A stretch of DNA of 32,000 nt from Mycobacterium leprae TN. GTDB lineage: Bacteria; Actinomycetota; Actinomycetes; Mycobacteriales; Mycobacteriaceae. The position numbers were made by a program, and so were the translations under genes. The notes under the pieces are model-generated. The model had not been told where the DNA came from. It was given only the letters and a program-made list of their open reading frames with translations, and searched no databases. The stretch is taken from NCBI RefSeq assembly GCF_000195855.1, contig NC_002677.1, forward strand, positions 1,740,001 through 1,772,000. The letters are read 5' to 3'. This document shows, one piece after another, positions 1-7,950 of this stretch (the stretch's first letter is position 1; each line of letters starts with the position of its first letter).

Positions 1-40
1 ACTTGACCTCAACCCCAGGCCAACCTAGGCCGGATCGAAG

Positions 41-59
41 TCCCGATCTGGAATCGGGA
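41..59 (-). terminator. Small hairpin (7-bp stem TCCCGAT/ATCGGGA, 5-nt loop) about 40 nt downstream of the PPOX-family gene stop; possible weak terminator
   Basis: Read directly: tcccgat(41-47) ctgga atcggga(53-59). There is no U-tract, so its function is uncertain. Confidence 0.2.
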
Positions 60-97
60 TAAATACGGTGCTCATCGGTGCTGCCGACTTGTCGGAG

Positions 98-484
98 TCA
101 ACTTCCAGACACTCTGAGCTCAAGACCGACATTGTTTTGCATACCTCCGCGCAACTTGCTGACGAAGTTGAACAGCCGGCCCTGGATGCCGTACTGCTTG
201 CAGATTGCGTCATAGACGCTGCCCGTTTGCAACTTATCGAGGATGGTGGCGTTACCCTGGACACCCGCGCTCGTCGCGCAACCACGTACGTTGCAAGTGG
301 CTAGCGTAATCCGGGGGTTATTGCGGATTCGCTTGACCTTCCACGCCTTTCCCGCGGATATAGCTAGCAGCCGGTCGCCGTCAGCGGCCGCCCAGATGGG
401 AGTCGGCTTGGGTCGGCCATCCTTGGTGAATGTGGTCAACAGGATGTACTTTGCCTTGGCTAAGTCGGCAAATGTGGGCGTCAC
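98..484 (-). CDS. PPOX-class (pyridoxamine 5-prime-phosphate oxidase fold) probable F420-dependent protein; positional and sequence equivalent of M. tuberculosis Rv2061c
   Basis: The ORF track gives 98..583 (161 aa). The first ~33 codons overlap the C-terminal reading frame of the cobN remnant. A GTG at 484-482 overlaps that frame's TGA (483-481) as GTGA, giving a 128-aa product. Family-typical sequence: KYILLTTFTKDGRPKPTPIWAA..DRLLAISAGKAWKVKRIRNNPRITLATC. No internal stops. Confidence 0.8.
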   Translation of the reverse strand: MTPTFADLAKAKYILLTTFTKDGRPKPTPIWAAADGDRLLAISAGKAWKVKRIRNNPRITLATCNVRGCATSAGVQGNATILDKLQTGSVYDAICKQYGIQGRLFNFVSKLRGGMQNNVGLELRVSGS

Positions 485-835
485 AGCCCCAAGCTTACCG
501 GTGGCGAACCGTCCAGATCGCCCTAGGTTTCCAACAGCACCTGACGCAACTGATCGAGAATGCTCGGTTGCGAGCCGGCCCACATGCTGCGGTCATTCAC
601 CTCCAGCAGATGTTAGGTCATATAGTGCAATGCCCACGGGCTGGACTCCGCCATGCGCTCCCGGTTCTCCGAGTCCAGAACGTAGCGCTAGGCAAGTTGT
701 TCATACATCCAGTCGGCCATTACCCTGGTGGTGGCGTCATAACCGAACAGTTAATCAACGGTCACCGCCATCTCGAACGCCCCCTTGTAGCTCTGTGCCG
801 ACGCAACGCACCTGCTGCACGAAATCAATCAGTGC
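481..835 (-). pseudogene. cobN: C-terminal remnant of cobaltochelatase large subunit cobN (Rv2062c-like); 5-prime ~90% of the gene is deleted and stops are present
   Basis: The minus-strand translation contains YKGAFEMAVTVD*LFGYDATTRVMADWMYEQLA*RYVLDSENRERMAESSPWALHYMT*HLLEVNDRSMWAGSQPSILDQLRQVLLET*GDLDG. This matches the conserved CobN/Mg-chelatase H C-terminus (HGYKGAFEM..TVDYLFGYDATT...NPWAL...RLLEA..RGLW). It has several in-frame stops and ends abruptly at the palindrome at 832. Confidence 0.65.
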
Positions 836-886
836 GGCCATCAATCAGTCTACGACAATTGGTCGTAGACTGATTGATGGCCGCAC
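832..886. repeat. Perfect 25-bp inverted repeat with a 5-nt spacer (GTGCGGCCATCAATCAGTCTACGAC AATTG GTCGTAGACTGATTGATGGCCGCAC)
   Basis: Read directly: arms 832-856 and 862-886 are exact reverse complements. The loop is 857-861. Pairing stops at a831/a887. Confidence 0.97.
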
Positions 887-903
887 ATTTAAAGTGGATC
901 CCT

Positions 904-1458
904 ATGATCGCGTCTAGCGGCGACGAGGCCGTTACTGACCTCGCCTTAGCAGCTGCACGCGGGAGCAAACGAGCACTGGAGGCGTTTATCAAAGCCACCC
1001 AGCAAGATGTGTGGCGGTTCGTCGCCTACTTGTCGGATGTGGGCAATGCCGACGATTTGACTCAGGAGACGTTCCTGCGAGCAATTGGAGCCATCGAGCG
1101 GTTTTCCGGACATTCCAGCGGCCGAACCTGGCTGCTGGCCATTGCGCGCCGGGTGGTCGCCGACCACATCCGCCGGGCCCAAACACGACCCCGCACCACC
1201 TTCGACGGCTACCCCGAACGCATGCTCAACGCCGACCGCCACGCCCGCGGATTCGAAGACCTCGTTGAAGTGACAACAATGATCGCCAACCTTGCCACCG
1301 AACAACGCGAAGCCCTGTTGCTCACTCAGCTTCTCGGGCTGCCCTACGCCGATGCCGCCGCGGTGTGCGGTTGCCCGGTGGGGACCATTCGATCCCGGGT
1401 CGCCCGTGCCCGGGACGCGCTGTTGGCCGACACCGAGCATAACCACCTGACCGGGTAG
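904..1458 (+). CDS. sigC: ECF-type RNA polymerase sigma factor SigC
   Basis: ORF 874..1458. The protein is near-identical in pattern to M. tuberculosis SigC (Rv2069): ...[59 protein letters not shown]...[42 protein letters not shown]. The ATG at 874 lies inside the right arm of the palindrome. The ATG at 904 ([11 protein letters not shown]) gives 184 aa and aligns with the SigC N-terminus. Confidence 0.9.
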   Translation: MIASSGDEAVTDLALAAARGSKRALEAFIKATQQDVWRFVAYLSDVGNADDLTQETFLRAIGAIERFSGHSSGRTWLLAIARRVVADHIRRAQTRPRTTFDGYPERMLNADRHARGFEDLVEVTTMIANLATEQREALLLTQLLGLPYADAAAVCGCPVGTIRSRVARARDALLADTEHNHLTG

Positions 1459-1462
1459 AAAT

Positions 1463-2180
1463 TTAGCACACAGCAAGGCGATTTCCCAGGCAACGGCATT
1501 GCTGAGTGCAATGACGACCCAAAACGTCGCTCCGTGCCTTATTACTCTTTGTCCTTGCCGTGCAAGGAGTTTCTGCTTGCCCGAGTCGGGCTATCCATTC
1601 GGTGGCTTGATCGACGGTGCCGATGTTCGTCGTCCCCGTCCAAGTAGCGGCGACCACTGCACCATACTTACCGGTATATATAGAGCGGCAGCAGCATCCA
1701 ACTTCGTTCAGGTCATGTCGCCGCCGCTATTTTTGATGACCAGCGTGTCTATGGAGTGTACACGCAAGCAGCTCGAACTCGTCGTCGTAGGGACACGCCC
1801 CCGGGACAGCAGCACCTGATGATGACGCAGCAACAACGTCTCAGTCCAGTACGGTGACCACCCGAATTAAAAAAACCACGCCTCACTGTCGGTGAACGCC
1901 TTTACGCTAGAGCGGTTCGTGGTGAGAAAAACTCTCGAATGTGTTGTTCTACAATTGCTTATGACGCCTCGGCGGCGTATGCTGTGATGGTCGTCGCCGA
2001 CGGGTGGTGTAATCTTGACCACAGCGTCAGTCACCTCGTCACACAGCCCAGTCCGTAAACCATCGCCGTCGCCGAGCCCGCCAATGCACACCGCACCGAC
2101 CGGCAATGAAGAGTTTGGCATCCGACCGGCCAGCGAACTAATGATCTCGATCTTAGGATAGAATGCCTTCGGCCAGCGTA
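1463..2180 (-). pseudogene. cobK: Precorrin-6A reductase cobK pseudogene (Rv2070c-like)
   Basis: Fragments in different frames match the CobK pattern SLAGR...VRVGGFGG.DGL..L....IDAVVDATHPFA..IS.NA. One is SLAGRMPNSSLPVGAVCIGGLGDGDGLRTGLCDEVTDAVVKITPPVGDDHHSIRRRGV. A C-terminal fragment (ORF 1463..1657) is also present. There are multiple stops and frameshifts. Position downstream of cobM and next to sigC is as in M. tuberculosis. Confidence 0.7.
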
Positions 2181-2186
2181 CAGCCT

Positions 2187-2973
2187 TCAGAGGTGCCGTC
2201 CAGCAGCAACCTCCGCATCAATGAGAGCCCTTTTTGCGGCGCGCAGTCGAATATTATATAGCTGTCCGTGAACCTTCGACGGCCAGTAAGTAGCCGACGA
2301 TGATGACAATGGTCTCGGTGATCTGGGCCTCATGCATCTGGTCGGCGATATCGGCCAGCGTGCCGCGAAGCATAGTCTGCCGCGGCCAACTCGCGAAAGC
2401 AACAACAGCTGCGGGGAGTTCAGGCCGGTTACCGGTTAGCAGCCGGCCAGCAGCTGCGAGATTATCACGTCGATCTGAGCAGAGGCCAGGCATAGGACTA
2501 GGCTAGGGCAGCCAAGGCTTCGCCCGGCGGCATGGCATAGAGTTCAACAGGGTCGCCGCCAAAAGCAGCGTCATTGTCTGTACCACTCCCGGGAGGATGA
2601 GTTCACTTTTTAGAACGACCGTTGCCATAGCGAAAGCCGGTACACCAGGCACCATGTCATAGTCGATGCCCCGTGCGTCGAGCCGGCGACCTTGTTCGAC
2701 CAACGCGTTATACAGCCGACGGATCTCCCGAGTGCAAGTGCGACACGTCGTGGCCGGCAGCGTCGGCGTAGGCGAGCTCGGTGACCGATCCGTTCAAACG
2801 TCAATGGACCGGTGTCGACAACTTTTGCGCCAGGTAAACAGCTGCACCAGCAGATCGTCGGAAATGATCGAACCTGGGTAGAGGCACAACCTGACATCTT
2901 TCCAGGAGCCGTTGGGCGCGGACGGTGATCAGGTCAGTTATGCGCGGGCCCGCGTCGATACAATACACCGTCA
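2187..2973 (-). pseudogene. cobM: Precorrin-4 C11-methyltransferase cobM pseudogene (Rv2071c-like)
   Basis: Homology hops between frames. VTVYCIDAGPRITDLITVRAQRLLERC starts at GTG 2973. Then come GAKVVDTGPLTFERI (ORF 2610..2897), RRLDARGIDYDMVPGVPAFAMATVVLKSELILPGVVQTMTL (ORF 2503..2703) and TMLRGTLADIADQMHEAQITETIVIIVG (ORF 2254..2493). At least three frameshifts are needed to read through. Confidence 0.8.
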
Positions 2974-4090
2974 CTCTAAATTACCGCCCATTGGGTAAGC
3001 GGCATCTGCGGGTGGCCAACCAGTGAAGTCGCCCAGCGGCTCACCACGATAACGCTCAACGCGTTGTAGCTGGTTAAAGGCTTATGTGACCGGTCCTTCC
3101 GCGTTCAAAGATGACATACATATCACTTAGGTAACGCGAGCCTGACCAAAATCACTCTGTTTACCTTGGGCACCATTGCAATGATGTTGCTGCTGGGCCA
3201 CCGCTACATAGCCATCACACTCGTCCAGCTGTTCATGACCGGTATAGCTTTGGCTTCGTCACGGACGAGTCATCGCGTTTCGCGCATACCACGACATATT
3301 CGAGCTCACCACGTTCGTCGCGAACACCCCTACATGCTGGCGATCACCGCCGGAACAGATTGCGGGATCTTCCTCGTCAACTGTTATCCAGAGGCACGTC
3401 AAGTCGGCTACGACCAAGACGACGTACTACACCATATTTCGTAGTGTGACCTCGGTTGTGCCAGGGTCGAGTCTGGCCATCGCTGGGGTGGCTTATTGCC
3501 CGAGCTTAACCAAGCTAGTCTGGTTCAACACCATGGGTGCGTCCGTGGCAATCGTAATGTTGGCTGTGGCGTTCCCCCGGGCTCACAATGGGTCCGGCTG
3601 TCATCTTCGTCGGCAGTTGTTTCGGTCTTTTCGAACGCAAGTGAGCGACCAGAGGCCGGCTGTGGCGGCGGATCGGCACTGAGTTTGGTCGTCAGCACCG
3701 CAATTCGTCCTGATCGCGCTATCGGAATGTGTCACGAGTTGCAACGACCGTTACTACTTGCCCGCCAACGTCCCGGCCAATCTTGACTACCAGACTGCCG
3801 AACGGCATTTCACTCAGGCGGATGAACACGGACATATTTATGTTCGATGCTAACCACGACATGCGGCCAACATGCTGGTACCGGATAAAGTGGCCAAAAC
3901 ATCATTCGCGTGGCGGGAATCGTCATGATTCAGGACATCACTAGGCCTCTGGGAATTCCCGATTAAACACAACTTGATATCGTTTCAGGACAGCATAGAT
4001 TCAAACGACCATGCAAAATATTAATTTTCTTAAAGATAGAGTAGCCTACATTCTCGAGATAGCCAAAGAAATGCAGTTCATGATCGAACG

Positions 4091-4110
4091 TATATATATA
4101 TATATATATA
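4091..4110. repeat. (TA)10 dinucleotide microsatellite, core of a 28-bp perfect palindrome AACG(TA)10CGTT (4087..4114)
   Basis: Read directly: gaacg tatatatatatatatatata cgttg. It lies inside the AT-rich D2-domain remnant of the MmpL pseudogene. Confidence 0.98.
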
Positions 4111-4697
4111 CGTTGACGCAAGACCTTTCCAACGCCGCTGACGACAGTGCAAAGATCACAGCGGAAACACGTGATTATCACCGATAATTTGCGGAATCCA
4201 ATCGCTGATTTCAACGACTTATGACGACCGATCAGAACCTTTTTCTATTGGTTATAGGAACTGGTTCGACATAGCTATATGCTGGTCGTTGTTATACCTA
4301 TTCGACTCGTTGAACGAGTGCGACCAGCTTGCCAAGCAGTTCCACAAGATCACGGCTGATATCTAACACACCACCGCAGCCATTAACGATTTGCTGCCAC
4401 TGATTCCGCGATCATCAACACGATGAAGACCACAAAAGGCTTCATGCTAACGATGTACGTTACCTTCTCGGCAATGATCCATCGAATGGATGGTTATGAG
4501 CGATACCGTCATCGTCATGAGACAACCCCAAGAATGATGACTTCTTCTACTTTCCTTCGGAGGCGTTCGATACCCCGGACTCCAGACGGGTCTACGGATG
4601 CTCTTGTAGCCAGATACCAAGTCGGGGCGCTTTATCATCACCCATCGAAGCGATCCGATGAACAGTAAGGACATCTCGCGTTTCGCTGTGGAGCGAA

Positions 4698-4742
4698 CCT
4701 ACGCACAAGAGGGACTGTAACACAGTTCCTCTTGTGCGTAGG
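4698..4742. repeat. 45-nt near-perfect palindrome/hairpin: 15-bp perfect outer arms, a G.T pair, a 5-bp inner stem and a 3-nt loop
   Basis: Read directly: CCTACGCACAAGAGG (4698-4712) G ACTGT AAC ACAGT T CCTCTTGTGCGTAGG (4728-4742). Confidence 0.95.
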
Positions 4743-5283
4743 CCAAGTTGCACCTCGAAAGTACTGCCGCGATTTCAAATACATGCACAAAGGTGCGAAA
4801 TACGACCTGATTATCGTGGGTGGCCCCGGCACTCACGCTGATCTTTATGATCATGCTGCCACTCACCCAACACCTGGTGACCGCGCTGGTGATCAGTCGG
4901 CACCGCAGCCAACTCAATTGCCGCGTCCTTAGGACTGCCTGTACTAGTATTGATAGGGTCTTGTCGGCTCAAAATCCACTGAATCGTCATGGCGCTGGCC
5001 GTCATCATCTTGCTGGTGGTCGGCTAAGACTACAGCCTACTTCTGGTCTCCCGATTCAAAAAAGATATCCACACCGGACTCAACACGAAGACAATCCAAT
5101 AGATGGAAAGCATCGGTGGGGTGGTGACGGTCACGGGTCTGGTATTCGCTTTCACTATGGCTGCCATACTCAACAGCTAACTGCCAGTTATCAGCCAGTT
5201 CGATACCAAGCGTCTGCATTGGTATGCTTATCGTGCGCATGTTGCTGGTGCCGTTGATCGCCACAATGCTAGGCCGCTAGTTC

Positions 5284-5311
5284 TGCTGGTTGCAAAAGTT
5301 GTGCACCAGCA
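5284..5311. terminator. Imperfect hairpin in the convergent gap between the MmpL and degV remnants (TGCTGGT-t-GCA aaagttg TGC-ACCAGCA)
   Basis: Read directly. A 10-bp stem with one bulge sits between two convergent decayed genes. It is probably a relic bidirectional terminator. No U-tract. Confidence 0.25.
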
Positions 5312-5340
5312 TGGAGACACTGCCCGGCAGAGTCTAAGTC

Positions 5341-6071
5341 TCAGTTAGCTCCACGCAGACCGCGACAGCTCCGGCACTGACATACAGCGTCAGCACCGTG
5401 GTCAAAGACGTCACGATCGCTGGCTCGCACGCTTTTAGGGGCTGCGCTAGTGCCGCTGGCGCCAGCTGGATTGGCGACGTGGTGCACCGTCAGAGCCGAG
5501 GGGCCCTCACCGATCACTTCGCAAATCCGATCGATCATCGCGGCCGTAATCTGAAAGACAGTGCACAACCGTTGGACCAGAACAAGTTTGCCGTCCTCGA
5601 TACCCAACAGCGGTTTGAGCACCAGCGCGGTATCCAACCAAGCTTTGACACCACCGATGCGCCCGCTACGGCGCAGGTTGTTTAATCGATGCACCACGAT
5701 GAACGAGTTACTTCGTCGTACCGCTGAACTCGCAACGAAGGCAACGGTTTCTATATCACAACCGGTGGCCGCAGCCCGTTCAGTGACGGCACAAGTTCCC
5801 GGCAGCGCCGACGAAATATGCTACTGCCCCAACACACCACCACCCCCGATGTCAGTCAAAGCCTGCTGGTAGGCGGCACAGAGTGCAGCAGGAGTCGCCA
5901 CCGCGGTCGTGGCGTGGGAAGCTTATATACGTCGTAGGGGATATCGTCCACATCGTCGCGCAAATCGACACCGTCGAGCAAAATGCGTAGCAGAACCAAG
6001 CATATCGCCCACTTTTCGCACATAGCTTCCGTTAAAAATAACGACGCGTCAGTCACCATCACGACGGTCAC
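5341..6071 (-). pseudogene. DegV-family fatty-acid-binding protein pseudogene (Rv2417c-like)
   Basis: The N-terminal fragment is MTVVMVTDASLFLTEAMCEKWAICLVLLRILLDGVDLRDDVDDIPYDVY (ORF 5856..6071). The C-terminal fragment is RIGGVKAWLDTALVLKPLLGIEDGKLVLVQRLCT...LTVHHVANP (ORF 5341..5697). The two are in different frames with stops between them. The position immediately downstream of the Rv2418c-like gene matches M. tuberculosis. Confidence 0.75.
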
Positions 6072-6153
6072 GGGCGCAGCTCATCCTCATCGCTTCGTCT
6101 CCTGCAAGCGGGAGGTCCCCCTACTAAACCGTCTCCAGCGCGAGAGTTATAGC

Positions 6154-6897
6154 CTAGCCGAGGGATTTCTCGTTTGGCACCCCGGCTTCGGTCAGCGCCT
6201 TGATCATCAGTTCCGCAACAGCTTGGTGTGCCTCGAAATTCCAATGAATGCCGTCCGGATTACCATGTCCGCCTATAATGTACTCGGCAACAGCTGCTTT
6301 GAGATCCACCAAGGGAATAGCATGGCACTGCGCCCATTCCGTGATTGCCGCCACGGTCCCCGGTCGGCCGTGGTGAGCCTTGTCGTAAGTCTCGGCGATG
6401 TGCACCGACGGTAGTGATGCCACAATCGGGATTCCTGGACGGTTGAAATGGATTGCACCACGCGTCCTTTCAAGGTACTGAGCGGTCAAGTACGGCGGTA
6501 ACGCGGCTTTAGCCACTGGTGACAATCGTGGCTGCACCCAGCCGTACCCGCCGCGGATCCAACGACGCAGCCAGGGCGGCCGCACGTAGCGGATCAGCTC
6601 ACGTAGCGCGGTAGGCAACACCGAAGGTAGCGAATCCATTCCGCCAGTAGCGAAGATGACAGCGCCTGCTCTGGGCAACGCCGCCCAGGACCGAGGATCC
6701 TGGGTTGCCGCCCACCAGACATCGCGGCACGTCCAGCCGATTCGACCCACCAGCTCCAAATCCCAACCTAATTGCGAAGCAACAATATTAGGCCAAATAC
6801 GGGGATCGTCAGCAGGCAAGCCGCCGGTAGGTCCATAGTAGGCCAGCGAGTCGGCGAAGACCAGCAATACGGGTCTTGACGCTACCTCAGAGCACAT
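6154..6897 (-). CDS. SGNH/GDSL-like hydrolase/acyltransferase family protein (Rv2418c-like; that family has been reported as the methylglucose-lipopolysaccharide octanoyltransferase OctT)
   Basis: Uninterrupted 247-aa ORF with an ATG start at 6897. SGNH blocks are present: [22 protein letters not shown] and GNPDGIHWN (DxxH). It overlaps the gpgP stop by 11 nt. It is syntenic with Rv2419c/Rv2420c/Rv2421c homologues. Confidence 0.85.
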   Translation of the reverse strand: MCSEVASRPVLLVFADSLAYYGPTGGLPADDPRIWPNIVASQLGWDLELVGRIGWTCRDVWWAATQDPRSWAALPRAGAVIFATGGMDSLPSVLPTALRELIRYVRPPWLRRWIRGGYGWVQPRLSPVAKAALPPYLTAQYLERTRGAIHFNRPGIPIVASLPSVHIAETYDKAHHGRPGTVAAITEWAQCHAIPLVDLKAAVAEYIIGGHGNPDGIHWNFEAHQAVAELMIKALTEAGVPNEKSLG

Positions 6898-7561
6898 CGT
6901 TAGAGACCTGAACCGAAGCGTTCCACACGTCTAGACGCCACTGAATTAGATCCAGCTCGCTGTCTGACTCATCAGAATGACCGGACAGTTGCACCCAACT
7001 GGCATTACCCATGCTGCCCAAAATCGACCAATTGGCGACCGGGAGCCTTAACAGCGCAGCCGACAAGGCGGTGATCAAGCCACCGTGGGCCACCAGCACC
7101 ACCGGGCGATCCGGTTCATGACAGTCACCCCACTCCGGGGCACCAGACACCACTTCAGTGACCACCGGCAAACTGCGGGCCGCCACGTCAACCCGACTCT
7201 CCCCGCTATGCGGTGCCCATGTTGCGTCTTCGCGCCATGCCAGCCGGGCACCCGGAGCATCGGCATCGATCTGGCTGTGGGTTAGGCCCTGCCAGTCGCC
7301 GAGGTGGGCCTCACGTAACCGGTCGTCCACCCAGATCTTCAACCCGGTCCGCTCCCCCAGTTTGATCGCCGTGTCATAGGCGCGCCGCAGATCCGACGAC
7401 ACGATCCGCAACGGCTGCAACTTACCCAGTACCTCGGCAACGGCGACCGCCTGGGCGCGACCCAATTCACTAAGCTCGGTGTCTAGCTGGCCCTGCATCC
7501 GGCCACCGAGGTTGAAGTCCGTCTGCCCATGCCGCAACATCACCAAACGACGCGTCCTCAT
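6887..7561 (-). CDS. gpgP: Histidine-phosphatase (phosphoglycerate mutase) superfamily protein; glucosyl-3-phosphoglycerate phosphatase GpgP homologue (Rv2419c)
   Basis: ORF 6887..7618. The likely start is the ATG at 7561-7559 ([17 protein letters not shown]), which overlaps the rsfS stop as TGATG. The RHG catalytic motif and the VLVAHGG motif are present. Confidence 0.85.
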   Translation of the reverse strand: MRTRRLVMLRHGQTDFNLGGRMQGQLDTELSELGRAQAVAVAEVLGKLQPLRIVSSDLRRAYDTAIKLGERTGLKIWVDDRLREAHLGDWQGLTHSQIDADAPGARLAWREDATWAPHSGESRVDVAARSLPVVTEVVSGAPEWGDCHEPDRPVVLVAHGGLITALSAALLRLPVANWSILGSMGNASWVQLSGHSDESDSELDLIQWRLDVWNASVQVSNDVL

Positions 7562-7950
7562 CACGGGCTCGCTGATTGCCCGGAGTGTTGAGATATGTCC
7601 ACCGGTACCACCAGGCAATCACCCCACAGTCGATCCAGGGCATAGAAGTCACGATCGTCCTGATGCTGAATATGTACAACGATGTCGTGGTAATCCAGCA
7701 GAGTCCAGCGGCCTTCACGAGCACCCTCACGGCGTGCCAACCGGTAGCCTGCTTGGCGCATTTTCTCCTCGACCTCATCGACGATGGCATTGACCTGCCG
7801 TTCGTTGGACGCCGAAGCGATGACGAAACAGTCCGTGATGCCCACCAGTTGCTCGGAGACATCGATAACGACAACGTCGTTAGCTAGCTTCGCGGCGGCC
7901 GCTGCGGCGGCCACTGTTGCCATGTCGATCGCCTCCTTTGTGGCATTCAT
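7561..7950 (-). CDS. rsfS: Ribosomal silencing factor RsfS (Rv2420c homologue)
   Basis: ORF 7561..8073. The likely start is the ATG at 7950-7948 (MNATKEAID...), which overlaps the nadD stop as ATGA. It carries the conserved RsfS core: [40 protein letters not shown]...[33 protein letters not shown]. Confidence 0.9.

Larger units (their letters stand above)
3090..5340 (+). pseudogene. MmpL-family RND transporter pseudogene; 5-prime truncated and heavily frameshifted
   Basis: MmpL hallmarks appear in several frames. TM4: AITAGTDCGIFLVNCYPEARQVGYDQDD (AAGTDYAIFL..RYHEAR). TM5-6: SSLAIAGVAYCPSLTKLVWFNTMGASVAIVMLAV. Periplasmic D2: ITRPLGIP, RPIRTFFYW, DIAICWSLLYLFDSLNECDQL, KNDDFFYFPSEAFDTPD. TM8-12: LTLIFMIMLPLTQHLVTALVI, VIILLVVG*DYSLLLVSRFKKDIHTGLNTK, GGVVTVTGLVFAFTMAA, GMLIVRMLLVPLIATMLGR*. 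There are many stops. The 5-prime boundary is approximate. Confidence 0.8.

Noticed and set aside
874-903. Upstream ATG (874) extending sigC by 10 codons ([10 protein letters not shown])
   Set aside because: The ATG sits inside the right arm of the perfect inverted repeat. The extension has no counterpart in the SigC N-terminus as I recall it. The ATG at 904 aligns with MTATASDDEAVT-type N-termini.
243-917. 224-aa plus-strand ORF spanning the PPOX gene, the cobN remnant, the palindrome and the sigC start
   Set aside because: It runs antisense through an intact gene and a pseudogene and straight across the 55-nt palindrome. It has a Pro/Ser/Arg-rich shadow composition and no homology signal.
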